Assembly (NCBI GenBank): GCA_021813555.1
Contig: JAKAKG010000222.1
Coordinates: 1 to 60,472, forward strand
DNA from: Acidobacteriota bacterium
GTDB lineage: Bacteria > Acidobacteriota > UBA4820 > DSQY01
Length of the DNA: 60,472 nt
Reading direction: 5' to 3'
Within the stretch, counting starts at the first letter, position 1, and the number at the start of each line of letters is the position of its first letter. The notes beneath the pieces were generated by a model that worked only from the letters and a program-made list of their open reading frames with translations, searched no databases and was not told where the DNA came from. Positions 48,183 to 57,012 of this stretch are shown one piece after another. The position numbers were made by a program, and so were the translations under genes.

Positions 48183-49316
48183 TCACGCCAGCCTCTTTTT
48201 GAAGGTCTTCAGCGCGAGACCCACCATCACGGCGCTGAAGGCGAGAAGGAAGAGGCCCTCTCCGTAAAGGTCCGAGGGCCCCACGCCTTTTAGATACAGC
48301 CCCCTGAGGAGGGCGACGAAATATCGGGCGGGGACGAGGTACGTGACCGCCTGGAGGACCTTGGGCATGTTGCTGATGTCGAACATGAACCCCGACAGAA
48401 GGAAGGCCGGAAGGAAGGTGGCCATGAAGGCTACCTGGCTCGCCAGGAGCTGGTTTTTGGCCACGATGCTGATGAGCATGCCCATGGAGAGGGCGCCCAC
48501 CAGGTAGATCATGGACATGGCCGCCAGCGCCAGGAGGCTTCCGCGCAGGGGCACGTGGAAGAGGAATCGCCCCGCAAGGACCGAGAGGACCATGTCGAGC
48601 GCTCCCACGGCCACGTAGGGCGCAAGCTTGCCCACCACGAGCTCGGAGGCGCGGATGGGGGTGGAGAGGAGCTGTTCCATGGTGCCCGTCTCCCACTCCC
48701 TCGCCACGGTGAGGGACGTGAGTAGGGCGGCGATGAGCATCATGATGACTGCGATGAGCCCGGGGACGATGAAGTCCATAGATTCCATGTCCGTGTTGTA
48801 CCAGACGCGGGGGCGCACCTCCAGCGGAAGGGCCGGGGGCTTCACCCCATGGCGCAAGGCCCGCTTCATCATGGCGCCCTGAGAGAAGTTTTGAACGATG
48901 GATTCGGCGTAGTTCATAGCGATGGTGGCCGTGTTCGCGTCACTGCCGTCCGCGATGACCTGGACTTCCACGGGCCTCCCCGCCGCCACCTGCCGGCCGA
49001 AGTCCAGCGGTATGACCAGGGCCACCAGGGCCTTGCCCCGGTCCAGGGCCTCCGCGATGGCGCCGTAGGTGTCCACTTCGGAGAGGAGGGAGAAATACGG
49101 CGATCCCGTGAAACGGGCCGCCAGCTCTCGGCTCTGGGGCGTCTGGCTCTGGTCCCAAACGAGGAGAGGCACGTGGTCCACGTCCAGGGTGAGGGCGTAG
49201 CCGAAGAGGAGGAGGAGCACCAGGGGCAGAGCGATGCTGACCCCCAGGGCTCTGGGATCCCGCAGGATATGGAGCGACTCCTTCCTCGCCACGGCCCATG
49301 TCCGGCGGAGATTCAT
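48183..49316 (-). CDS. ABC-2 permease (YbhS-like)
   Basis: 'KESLHILRD', 'AREWETGTMEQLL', 'PAFLLSGF', 'PARYF'. Confidence 0.9.
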   Translation of the reverse strand: MNLRRTWAVARKESLHILRDPRALGVSIALPLVLLLLFGYALTLDVDHVPLLVWDQSQTPQSRELAARFTGSPYFSLLSEVDTYGAIAEALDRGKALVALVIPLDFGRQVAAGRPVEVQVIADGSDANTATIAMNYAESIVQNFSQGAMMKRALRHGVKPPALPLEVRPRVWYNTDMESMDFIVPGLIAVIMMLIAALLTSLTVAREWETGTMEQLLSTPIRASELVVGKLAPYVAVGALDMVLSVLAGRFLFHVPLRGSLLALAAMSMIYLVGALSMGMLISIVAKNQLLASQVAFMATFLPAFLLSGFMFDISNMPKVLQAVTYLVPARYFVALLRGLYLKGVGPSDLYGEGLFLLAFSAVMVGLALKTFKKRLA

Positions 49317-50272
49317 CTCGCCACCTCCCGCTGTGTTCCTTCGGCCCTGTCACGTGCTTCGATGAGGGAAACGAACACATCCTCAAGGCTGGGGGTGATG
49401 CGTTCGGCGGGTTCCATCTGCAGTGCCCCCAGAGCGTCTCGGAGTCCCGGTTCCAGGGCTGAGGCATCGGGGGTGACCACGTGGAGGTAGCGGCCGAAGA
49501 TGGCCACGTCTCGCACTCCTGGAAGGGCCGAGATGCGCTCCAGGCCTTCTTGGGGAGATGTACAAGCCACGCGGAGCACCTGATCCTTCATGGCATGTAT
49601 CTTGAGCTCTCCGGGCGTGCCCAGGGCCACCAGTTCGCCTCGGTAAATGAGCCCGAGGCGGTCACAATATTCGGCTTCTTCCATGTAGTGCGTGGTCACG
49701 AAGATGGTGACGCCCCCGGCGGCGGTCTCGTAGATGAGGTCCCAGAAGGCGCGGCGGCTTATGGGGTCCACTCCCGATGTGGGCTCGTCCAGAAAGAGGA
49801 CGGGGGGTTCGTGGAGCAGTGCGCAGCCGAGGGAGAGGCGCTGCTTCCATCCCCCCGGGAGGAGGCCCGTTTTGGCGTGCCGCCGTTCCGCCAGGCCCGA
49901 CATGGCCAGCACCCACTCTTTCCGAGGAGCCTTCTTCTCTGGCGGTATGCGGTAAATGCCCGAGTAAAAGTCGATATTTTCCCCTACGGTCAGGTCTTCG
50001 TAGAGCGAGAACTTCTGGCTCATGTAGCCGATGTTGCGTTTGACGGCCTCGGGCTGGGCCTTGACGTCGAGGCCCGCCACGGTGGCCGTGCCCGACGTGG
50101 GGGAGAGAAGCCCGCAGAGCATCCGGATGGTGGTGGACTTTCCGGCGCCGTTGGGGCCGAGAAAACCGAAGATTTCTCCTGGGGCCACCTCCAGGCTGAT
50201 GGCGTTCACGGCCAGGAAATCGCCGAATCGCTTGGTCAGGTCGCGAAGGATCACGCCATGGTTATTCGTCAT
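49313..50272 (-). CDS. ABC ATPase (YbhF C-half-like)
   Basis: GPNGAGKS, 'GYMSQKFSLY', LPGG, 'LDEPTSGVDP', 'TTHYMEEAE'. Confidence 0.92.
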   Translation of the reverse strand: MTNNHGVILRDLTKRFGDFLAVNAISLEVAPGEIFGFLGPNGAGKSTTIRMLCGLLSPTSGTATVAGLDVKAQPEAVKRNIGYMSQKFSLYEDLTVGENIDFYSGIYRIPPEKKAPRKEWVLAMSGLAERRHAKTGLLPGGWKQRLSLGCALLHEPPVLFLDEPTSGVDPISRRAFWDLIYETAAGGVTIFVTTHYMEEAEYCDRLGLIYRGELVALGTPGELKIHAMKDQVLRVACTSPQEGLERISALPGVRDVAIFGRYLHVVTPDASALEPGLRDALGALQMEPAERITPSLEDVFVSLIEARDRAEGTQREVAR

Positions 50273-50314
50273 AGGCAGTTATCCTGGGGACAGGGGACCA
50301 ACGTTGCCGTGCGT

Positions 50315-51253
50315 TCACGCGGCACCCCCTGCATTGTCTTTCGCGCTCCCTAGCGCCGAGGTGAACACGTCCTCGAGGGACGGTTCGGCGACGCGAACCT
50401 GCTCGCAGGAAAGGCCCGCGGCGCGAAGGGCGGCCTCCACCGTCCGGCGTCCCTCCTCCGCGTTCTCAACCACCACGTGGAGTTTGTCGCCGAAGAGGGC
50501 CACGGAAAGGACGCCTGCGGCGCGCAAGGCGGGCGCCGCCTGGCGAGCCTTGGTGCAGCGCACTTCCAGGAGGGTGCCTTTCATGAGCCGCTTCACGCCG
50601 GCCGGAGTGTCGCAGGCCAGGAGCTTCCCTTGATGCATGAGGCCCACGCGCCCGCAGCGCTCCGCCTCGTCCAGGTAGGCCGTGGAGACGAAGATCGTGA
50701 CCTTCTCCTTAAGGAGGTCGTAGAGAATTCGCCAGAAGTCCCGCCGCGACACGGGGTCCACGCCGTTGGTGGGCTCGTCCAGGAACAGGACGCGAGGCGT
50801 GTGGATGAGGGCGCAGCATAGGCCCAGCTTCTGCTTCATCCCGCCCGAGAGGTTGCCCGCCTGGCGCCGTTTGAAGGGAGCCAGGCCGCTGAACGCCAGG
50901 AGCCGGTCCACCCGCTCAGCGCGATCCGCCCGCGGGACGCCGTAGAGGTCCCCGTAAAACCCGATGTTCTCCATGACGGTGAGGTCCTGGTAGAGGCCGA
51001 AGCGCTGGCTCATGTAGCCGATGTGATCCTTCATGGCTTCGGGGTCCTTCACCACGTCGAACCCCGCGACCTGGGCCTGCCCGGACGTGGGGTCCAGAAT
51101 GCCCGTGAGGAGGCGCATGGTGGTGGTCTTGCCGGCGCCGTCGGGCCCCACCAGGCCGAAAATCTCTCCCTCGGCAACGGAGAGAGTTAGCCCGTCCACC
51201 GCGCGGTTCGCGCCGAAGATTCGGGTCAGCCCATGGGCTCTTATGGCGTCCAT
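50315..51253 (-). CDS. ABC ATPase (YbhF N-half-like)
   Basis: GPDGAGKT, LSGGMKQKL, 'LDEPTNGVDP', 'STAYLDEAE'. Confidence 0.92.
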   Translation of the reverse strand: MDAIRAHGLTRIFGANRAVDGLTLSVAEGEIFGLVGPDGAGKTTTMRLLTGILDPTSGQAQVAGFDVVKDPEAMKDHIGYMSQRFGLYQDLTVMENIGFYGDLYGVPRADRAERVDRLLAFSGLAPFKRRQAGNLSGGMKQKLGLCCALIHTPRVLFLDEPTNGVDPVSRRDFWRILYDLLKEKVTIFVSTAYLDEAERCGRVGLMHQGKLLACDTPAGVKRLMKGTLLEVRCTKARQAAPALRAAGVLSVALFGDKLHVVVENAEEGRRTVEAALRAAGLSCEQVRVAEPSLEDVFTSALGSAKDNAGGAA

Positions 51254-51261
51254 GCGTCCTG

Positions 51262-52233
51262 CTAGCTCCCCGTCTCGATCAGCCCGTTCGCCGGCATGCC
51301 CGGCTTGAGGTCCATGCTGGGGTTGGGAACCGTGATCTTGATGCGGTAGACCAGCTTCACGCGCTCCTTCTCCGTCTGGACCATCTTGGGCGTGAACTCG
51401 GCCTCCTGCGAGATGAAGGTGACACGGCCTTCGAAGCGCTTGCCCGGGTAGGAGTCGGTGGTGATGGCCGCCTTCTGTCCCACCTTGACCCTGCCCAAAT
51501 CCCGCTCGTCGATGTAGGCTCTCAGGTAGACGTCGTTCAAATTTCCGAGGGTCACTACGGGCGTGCCGGGGACCACGTACTCTCCCGGTTCCACGTTTTT
51601 GGAGAGGACCACGCCCGCTTCGGGAGCCGTGAGCGCGGCGTAGCCCAACTGCGTCTTGGCCTGAGCCACGGCCTCGGTGGCTTGGGCCAGGTGGGCGCGG
51701 GCCTGGTCGATGTCCTCCCGGCGCGGCCCGTTGAGCACCAGGTCGTACTGCTGCTGGGCCTGGTTCACCCGGGCTTCGGCGGCGAGAAAAGCGGCGTGGG
51801 AGGCGTCGAACTCGCGAGGGGAAATGACGTTTTTCCTCAACAGCTCCGTGTTGCGCTTGTCGTCGGCCTGGGCGCGGCCCAGGTCCGCCTTAGCCTGATC
51901 GAGCTGGGCCCTGGCGGCGCCGATCTCTTCATGCCTGGAGCCGGCCAGGAGCTTGTCCAGGGCCGCCTTGGCGGCGTCGGCCTCGGCCTGGCGCAGGGCC
52001 ACCTGCTGCCTGAAATCCGTGTCGTCCAGCCTGGCGAGAAGCTGGCCCGCCTGGACGATCTGGCCCTCGTCCGCGGGGCGCTCGGCGACCCTTCCGGGGA
52101 CCTTGAAACTCGCTTCGACCTGGGTGACTTCGACGTTGCCCGAGGTCCGAAGAACCCCTTCTTGCGAGCCGGCGCACCCCATCACCAAGGCGGCGGCCAG
52201 GGCCCCCGCGCTCCAACGGCCGTAAGCTGTCAT
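51262..52233 (-). CDS. HlyD/YbhG-like membrane fusion lipoprotein
   Basis: Lipobox VMGC, 'SGNVE', coiled coil, 'AEFTPKMVQT..ER..LVYR', 'LKPGMP'. Confidence 0.9.
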   Translation of the reverse strand: MTAYGRWSAGALAAALVMGCAGSQEGVLRTSGNVEVTQVEASFKVPGRVAERPADEGQIVQAGQLLARLDDTDFRQQVALRQAEADAAKAALDKLLAGSRHEEIGAARAQLDQAKADLGRAQADDKRNTELLRKNVISPREFDASHAAFLAAEARVNQAQQQYDLVLNGPRREDIDQARAHLAQATEAVAQAKTQLGYAALTAPEAGVVLSKNVEPGEYVVPGTPVVTLGNLNDVYLRAYIDERDLGRVKVGQKAAITTDSYPGKRFEGRVTFISQEAEFTPKMVQTEKERVKLVYRIKITVPNPSMDLKPGMPANGLIETGS

Positions 52234-52967
52234 GCCCGGTCCTCCTTCTTTCGGATCTGTCGCGCGGCGGGCTCGTGGGCGCTCCGCGCGGTTTTGCTTG
52301 AGCCGTGCCGCGTTCTCGGTTCAGCAGAGGCCTCGGGCCTTATGAGAAGGCCTCGGAGGACCAGGTCCGCCACGGCGCGGCCCGGGGCCTCCGGCCAGGC
52401 CGGCAGGGAGGTTCCTGCCGTCTTGGCGATGCGCCCGCTCATGGGCTTGGCCACGATGTGGAGCATGGTTCCCACCACCAGAAGAATGTGTAGGGTGGCG
52501 GGGTGAACCTTCCGGAAACAGCCCTTGGCGGAAGTGCTGCAGATGATGGACTGTTCCAGGGCGATGATCCGCCCCAGGGCTTTGATCATGGGTTCGGTCA
52601 AGTCCTTCCCGCCCGTGGCCAGTTCGCGCAGGATGATGCGCGGCATGTAGGGCCGGACCCGTGCCACGGACTCGAAGGCCTCCGCAATGGCCGCAATCTG
52701 GCCCTCGGGAGTAGCGGCTTTGGCGACGCCCTCCTGAACGGCCGACCACATGGATGCCAAGGCCTCCGAAATGACCATGTCGTAAAGAGCCGCCTTGCCG
52801 CCCACGTGGTAGTAGAGCATGGCTTTGTTCACGCCGGCCCTTCGCGCGATGGCGTCGACCCTGGCGCCGGAGAACCCCCTCGCGCCGAACTCCGCGGCAG
52901 CGGCGCGGAGGATGGCACTCCGCGGGTTTTTGGGGGAAAGCGCGTGGGCGGGGTCGGCCATGATCAT
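52230..52967 (-). CDS. TetR/AcrR-family regulator
   Basis: HTH 'ILRAAAAEF..GFSGARVDAIARRAGVNKAMLYYH..GK'. Confidence 0.93.
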   Translation of the reverse strand: MIMADPAHALSPKNPRSAILRAAAAEFGARGFSGARVDAIARRAGVNKAMLYYHVGGKAALYDMVISEALASMWSAVQEGVAKAATPEGQIAAIAEAFESVARVRPYMPRIILRELATGGKDLTEPMIKALGRIIALEQSIICSTSAKGCFRKVHPATLHILLVVGTMLHIVAKPMSGRIAKTAGTSLPAWPEAPGRAVADLVLRGLLIRPEASAEPRTRHGSSKTARSAHEPAARQIRKKEDRA

Positions 52968-52992
52968 CTCCGTGGGTCAACCATAAGGTTTA

Positions 52993-53035
52993 ACCAACTA
53001 GTTGGTAATATGGGCCGCCTCAAGGCGGCTGTCAA
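52993..53035 (-). promoter_or_regulatory. sigma70 promoter with adjacent palindromic TetR-type operator
   Basis: Minus strand TTGACA (53035-53030)-17 nt-CATATT (53012-53007), followed directly by the perfect palindrome ACCAACTAGTTGGT (52993-53006). Confidence 0.75.
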
Positions 53036-53048
53036 GGGGTCCGGGCAG

Positions 53049-53255
53049 GGGGATTCGAATTCGGAATTCGGAAAGCGGAAAGCGGAATTCGGAAAGCGGA
53101 ATTCGGAAAGGGAGGAGATGGACCACCGAGGACACCAAGAACACCAAGGGAGAGATGGGGACGTGGAATATGCGAGGGGAAAGGCGGCGTCGCAGCTTGC
53201 GTGGCTGTTCTCCTGATCTTTCGATCACCCGATTACCCGCTCACGTCTCGCGCCT
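53049..53255. repeat. Composite intergenic repeat: (GGAATTC/GGAAAGC)x~8, nonamer (ACACCAAGR), octamer (CGATYACC), CGTCTCG
   Basis: Read directly; the heptamer tract closely matches that at ~3100-3140. Confidence 0.8.
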
Positions 53256-53322
53256 GCGCTCTTGACCTGCGCGGCGAGGTGAGCTAGGGTTTCCTCAACG
53301 GGCAGTGCCCGGGGAGGACGTC

Positions 53323-53397
53323 ATGGCTCAGGCTATCCGCAATTCTTTCGCAGACCCTGCGGCCTATTATTACTACGCCCTCTCCCTGCCGCCTTAG
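53323..53397 (+). CDS. Tyrosine-rich leader peptide MAQAIRNSFADPAAYYYYALSLPP (24 aa)
   Basis: RBS GGGGAGGA, ATG 53323, four consecutive Tyr codons TAT TAT TAC TAC (53365-53376), TAG 53395-53397; directly upstream of tyrA. Confidence 0.85.
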   Translation: MAQAIRNSFADPAAYYYYALSLPP

Positions 53398-53455
53398 GCG
53401 CGCCCGACGCGTTGACACGAATGGGGCCCGCCGAGGTGGCGGGCCCTTTGCCTTC
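53390..53455 (+). terminator. Attenuator: terminator hairpin with a mutually exclusive antiterminator
   Basis: Stem GGGCCCGCC (53424-53432)/GGCGGGCCC (53438-53446) plus TTTG. GGCGCGCCC (53397-53405) can pair 8/9 with the 5' arm; CGCC-TTA-GGCG spans the stop codon. Confidence 0.78.
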
Positions 53456-53493
53456 CACCGTGGCGGAATCCATGAAATCTGAGGAGACCCGTC

Positions 53494-54627
53494 ATGGAAA
53501 CCAAATCGGAACGGCCACGTACCCCCCAAAGGAGGCCGGCGGCCTCCGCCCTCGATCGCCACCGCTCCGCCATCGAAGCGCTCGACGGCCGCATTCTCAA
53601 GCTCGTGGCGCGCCGCCTGCGGGTGGCCAAATCCGTCGGCGAACTGAAGGGCTCATGCGGCATCCCCCTCCGAAAATTTGAGGTGGAGGCGCAGGTATGC
53701 GAACGCCTTTCAAGCCTCGCCGAACGTCTGGGGCAAGATCGAACGCTGGGGGGAGATCTGGCCCTTTTCCTCATCGGGCGGTCCCTCGAAACGCAGGCAC
53801 CCATCCTGGAGTCGGCCTACGCCGGGGACCGGCTCAAGGCGCTGGTGGTGGGCGGCATGGGCGGCATGGGGCGCTGGATCGCCGGCTTCCTCTCCAGCCA
53901 GGGCCACGCCGTCAGGGTGCTCGACCCGGCTCAGGGAGAGTGCCGGTGGGGCCGGGCGGAGAACTTGGAATGGGGCGCTTCCTGGGCCGATCTGGTGGTG
54001 GTGTCCGTTCCCATGAGCCGCTGCGCCGGCGTCCTCGAGTCCGTCGGCGCCGCCCATCCCAAGGGCGTGGTAGCGGAACTGTGCAGCCTCAAGGGGCATC
54101 TTCTGCCCACCCTTGAGCGCCTACGATCGGGAGGCACGCGGGTGGTGTCCTTCCACCCCATGTTCGGTCCCGACGTACGGATGCTCAGCGGCCGAACCAT
54201 CGTCGTGTGCTCGGAGGGCCATGAGGCGGACCGTTCTCTGGTGAAGGGCCTTTTCGCCTCCACAAGCGCTCACTTGGTTGAGATGGACGTCCCGGAGCAC
54301 GATCGCAGAATGGGGGCCGTTCTGGGACTGTCTCACCTCGTCAACCTGGCCTTCGCCAGGGCCCTGTCCCTTTCAGGCAGGCCCTTTTCGGATCTCGGGG
54401 CCGCCTCGGGCGTGACCTTCCAGAAGCAGGTCTCCACGGCGCTGGACGTGGTGGGGGAGAACCCCGGCCTCTATTACGAGATCCAGGCCCTCAACGCCGT
54501 GACGCCGGAGACGTTTTCATGGATGGAGCGCGCGCTGTCCGACTATCGCGAGGCGGTGGCGCGGGGAGAGGAAGAGACTTTTGTCGCCCTCATGAAGGAG
54601 AGCGCCGCCTACTTCCAAGGCGGATAA
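53494..54627 (+). CDS. tyrA: Bifunctional chorismate mutase/prephenate dehydrogenase
   Basis: AroQ domain 'R..I..LD..IL.L...R...A..VG..K', Rossmann 'VVGGMGGMG', 'SLK', 'HPMFGP', 'HDRRM..V.GLSH'. Confidence 0.9.
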   Translation: METKSERPRTPQRRPAASALDRHRSAIEALDGRILKLVARRLRVAKSVGELKGSCGIPLRKFEVEAQVCERLSSLAERLGQDRTLGGDLALFLIGRSLETQAPILESAYAGDRLKALVVGGMGGMGRWIAGFLSSQGHAVRVLDPAQGECRWGRAENLEWGASWADLVVVSVPMSRCAGVLESVGAAHPKGVVAELCSLKGHLLPTLERLRSGGTRVVSFHPMFGPDVRMLSGRTIVVCSEGHEADRSLVKGLFASTSAHLVEMDVPEHDRRMGAVLGLSHLVNLAFARALSLSGRPFSDLGAASGVTFQKQVSTALDVVGENPGLYYEIQALNAVTPETFSWMERALSDYREAVARGEEETFVALMKESAAYFQGG

Positions 54628-54682
54628 ACGCTTCCGCTGAGGGAGCCACCGCGCCCCGTCGGTCCGGCGCTTCGCACACTCC

Positions 54683-55636
54683 TCAGCCTTGTCCCTCCGC
54701 CAGCCACCGTTCGCAGTCGAGGGCGGCCATGCATCCGCTGCCCGCGGCGGAAATGGCCTGCCGATACACCTTGTCCTGGACGTCGCCGGCGGCGAAAACT
54801 CCCTCCACCGAAGTCCGCGTCGAACGGCCCAGGGTGACGATATACCCCGTTTCGTCGAGGTCGAGCTGTCCCTGAAAGAGCTTCGTGTTGGGCGTGTGGC
54901 CGATGGCGTAGAAGAGGCCCGCGGCTTCCACCGTGCGCTCCTTCCCATCGGGAAGGTGCCGAATGACCACGCCTCGCAGCCCCGTCTCCCCCACCGCGTC
55001 CACCACGGCCGAATTCCACATGACCATGATCTTCTTGTCCTCGATTACGCGCTTCTGCATGGCCTTGGAGGCGCGGAACTCGCCCCGGCGGTGCACCAGG
55101 ATGACCTTGGAGGCGAAATGGGTGAGGTACATGGCCTCTTCCATGGCGGTGTCGCCCCCGCCCACGACCACCAGGACGCGATCCCGGAAAATGGGCAGGC
55201 CGCCGTCGCACACGGCGCACGCGGAGATCCCCCTGTTCCAGAGGCGCTCCTCGGCGGGGATGGCCAGCCGCTTGGCCGTGGCCCCCGTGGCGATGATGAG
55301 GGCCCGGGCGCTGACAGTTTGGGACCCCGATTTGACCACGAAGGGCCGTGAGGACAGGTCCACCGATTCAACGTCCTCCGTCTCGATGCGGGTTCCGAAG
55401 CGCTCGCTCTGAGCACGCATGCGCTCCATCAGCTCGGGCCCCGTGATGCCTTCGGGAAAGCCGGGGAAGTTCTCCACCTCGGTGGTGGTCATGAGCTGTC
55501 CGCCGGCGACGCCTCCGGAGATGAATCCTTCAAACATGAACGGCCGCAAGTTGGCTCGGGCCGAGTAAATGGCCGCCGCATGCCCGGCGGGCCCCGATCC
55601 TATGATGACGACCTTTTCCATCCTATGCTCGGACAT
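54683..55636 (-). CDS. trxB: Thioredoxin reductase
   Basis: GSGPAG, '[14 protein letters not shown]', CAVCDG, '[10 protein letters not shown]', 'HRR..FRA', 'AAGDV'. Confidence 0.96.
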   Translation of the reverse strand: MSEHRMEKVVIIGSGPAGHAAAIYSARANLRPFMFEGFISGGVAGGQLMTTTEVENFPGFPEGITGPELMERMRAQSERFGTRIETEDVESVDLSSRPFVVKSGSQTVSARALIIATGATAKRLAIPAEERLWNRGISACAVCDGGLPIFRDRVLVVVGGGDTAMEEAMYLTHFASKVILVHRRGEFRASKAMQKRVIEDKKIMVMWNSAVVDAVGETGLRGVVIRHLPDGKERTVEAAGLFYAIGHTPNTKLFQGQLDLDETGYIVTLGRSTRTSVEGVFAAGDVQDKVYRQAISAAGSGCMAALDCERWLAEGQG

Positions 55637-55752
55637 GGTTTCTCTCCTGCCTAAGCCGCAGTATAGCCGATTTAACTGGGAAACTCAGGTGGGGGGGCAC
55701 CTCAGGCGGCAGGACACCGCCGGGGGTGAGCCGGCCGGGCGCGCTCACGTGC

Positions 55753-56472
55753 TCAGTTGGACAGCCGCCGATAGAGAGCCCCGGGCGCCACCCTGGCCGC
55801 CAGCGCCACGAGCGCCCACCGGCGGGGCACATACGCCACCTTCTTCCTGCGGAGGATGGCAGCGTAGATCTGGCGGGCGGCCGCCGACGCCTTCACCACC
55901 CAGAACATACCCTTCTGCCCCTTGGTCATGGGCGTGTCCACGTACCCCGGGCGGATGTCCGTGACGGAGACGCCGTACTTCTCCAGGTTGAACCTCAGGC
56001 CTTCCAGGTAGTGCGACACGAACGCCTTGGACGCATTGTAGGCAGGGACCGTGGGGCTTCCCCTCAGGGAGGCGACCGAGGAGATGCCCACGAGGTGGCC
56101 CGCCTTTTTTTCGAAGAAGTGGTGCGCCGCCCAGGTGGCGCAGGCCGCGAACCCCGCCACGTTGGTGGCGATGGTGGATTCCTCCAGCGCCCATTGCAGC
56201 TTCCGGTTGTAGGGGCTGATTCCCGAGCTGAGCACCACGCAATCAACACTCCCCAGGCCTTCGAGCAGGGCGTCGAGGGACGGGGCCACCGAGTCCGTGC
56301 GCATCACGTCCAGGGGCTGGACGCGGATGCCTGGGCCCAGGTCCGTCCGCAGGGCTTCCAGTGCGCTCATGTTCCGGCCCGCGAGCCCAAGGCGCCATCC
56401 GTCCGCGGCCATGACCCGAGCCAGTTCCAAGCCCAACCCCGAGCTTGCCCCAACGATGATTGCGCTGCGCAT
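55753..56472 (-). CDS. Short-chain dehydrogenase/reductase
   Basis: GASSGLG, 'ISSVA', YNASK, 'RPGYVDTPM'. Confidence 0.9.
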   Translation of the reverse strand: MRSAIIVGASSGLGLELARVMAADGWRLGLAGRNMSALEALRTDLGPGIRVQPLDVMRTDSVAPSLDALLEGLGSVDCVVLSSGISPYNRKLQWALEESTIATNVAGFAACATWAAHHFFEKKAGHLVGISSVASLRGSPTVPAYNASKAFVSHYLEGLRFNLEKYGVSVTDIRPGYVDTPMTKGQKGMFWVVKASAAARQIYAAILRRKKVAYVPRRWALVALAARVAPGALYRRLSN

Positions 56473-56516
56473 GTCTCCTCCCACCGACGAGCCTCGCTGA
56501 GAGTATAATGCCAGAT

Positions 56517-56614
56517 GGAGGTGCTAGGGCGCTGGTGCGTTCCGCGGCCTTCAAAGCCGTTGCACCGGGGTTAACCCCCCGGCGGGTGGGTTCGATTCCC
56601 ATGCACCTCCGCCA
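56517..56614 (+). tRNA. selC: tRNA-Sec (anticodon UCA)
   Basis: 8-bp acceptor GGAGGTGC/GCACCTCC plus G-CCA, 6-bp D stem with a 4-nt loop, CTTCAAA anticodon loop, long variable arm, 5-bp T stem; TATAAT at 56504-56509. Confidence 0.95.
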
Positions 56615-57010
56615 AACCCCCAAGAGGGAGGCTCCGCCCCCCTCTTGGCGCTTCGCTCTGCTTCGCCTCGCTACGCTGAACTCCTCGGGGATAGGTAGCG
56701 CCTAGAGTTCGGGCAAAGCCCGAAACTCGGCGCGCTTTTCTAGAAAGCCTCCTGCAACGGCCTCGCTTGACAGGGGAATCGAAGGGCGGGAAACGCCGCA
56801 GCCCCGCCGCGAGAACGCGAGCGAAGAGCGAGCGTTCGCAGCCTTGCGGGGCAAGGCGAGGGCCCCGCCCCGGGAACGCTAGTGGAGCTTGGGACGGAGC
56901 GAGCGGACTCTGACGCGAGCGAGGCCCCTAGCGACACTTGAGTTCGATTCCCATGCACCTCCGCCAGACCCCCAAGAGGGAGGCTCCGCCCCCCTCTTGG
57001 CGCTTCGCTC
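56590..57010 (+). repeat. 69-bp direct repeat of the selC 3' end (56590-56658 and 56942-57010) enclosing a 283-bp structured segment
   Basis: The copies differ at one base (A/G after CCA) and include the T-loop, acceptor 3' strand and downstream hairpin CCAAGAGG..CCTCTTGG. Confidence 0.9.
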
Positions 57011-57012
57011 GG

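Noticed and set aside
45558-52967. Efflux operon as the exporter for the adjacent rSAM product; split ybhF-like ATPases as a novelty
   Set aside because: It is an ordinary TetR-controlled YbhGFSR/TolC-type cassette with its own promoter and operator, separated from the rSAM operon by ~210 bp. Adjacency alone is not evidence, and two separate ATPase genes are unremarkable.
53262-53493. T-box riboswitch as the tyrA regulator
   Set aside because: No T-box consensus (AGGGTGGNACCGCG) or stem I was seen; the leader-peptide model explains the sequence.
56942-56966. Second tRNA gene
   Set aside because: Only the T-loop and acceptor 3' strand are present, with no D arm, anticodon arm or matching 5' strand.
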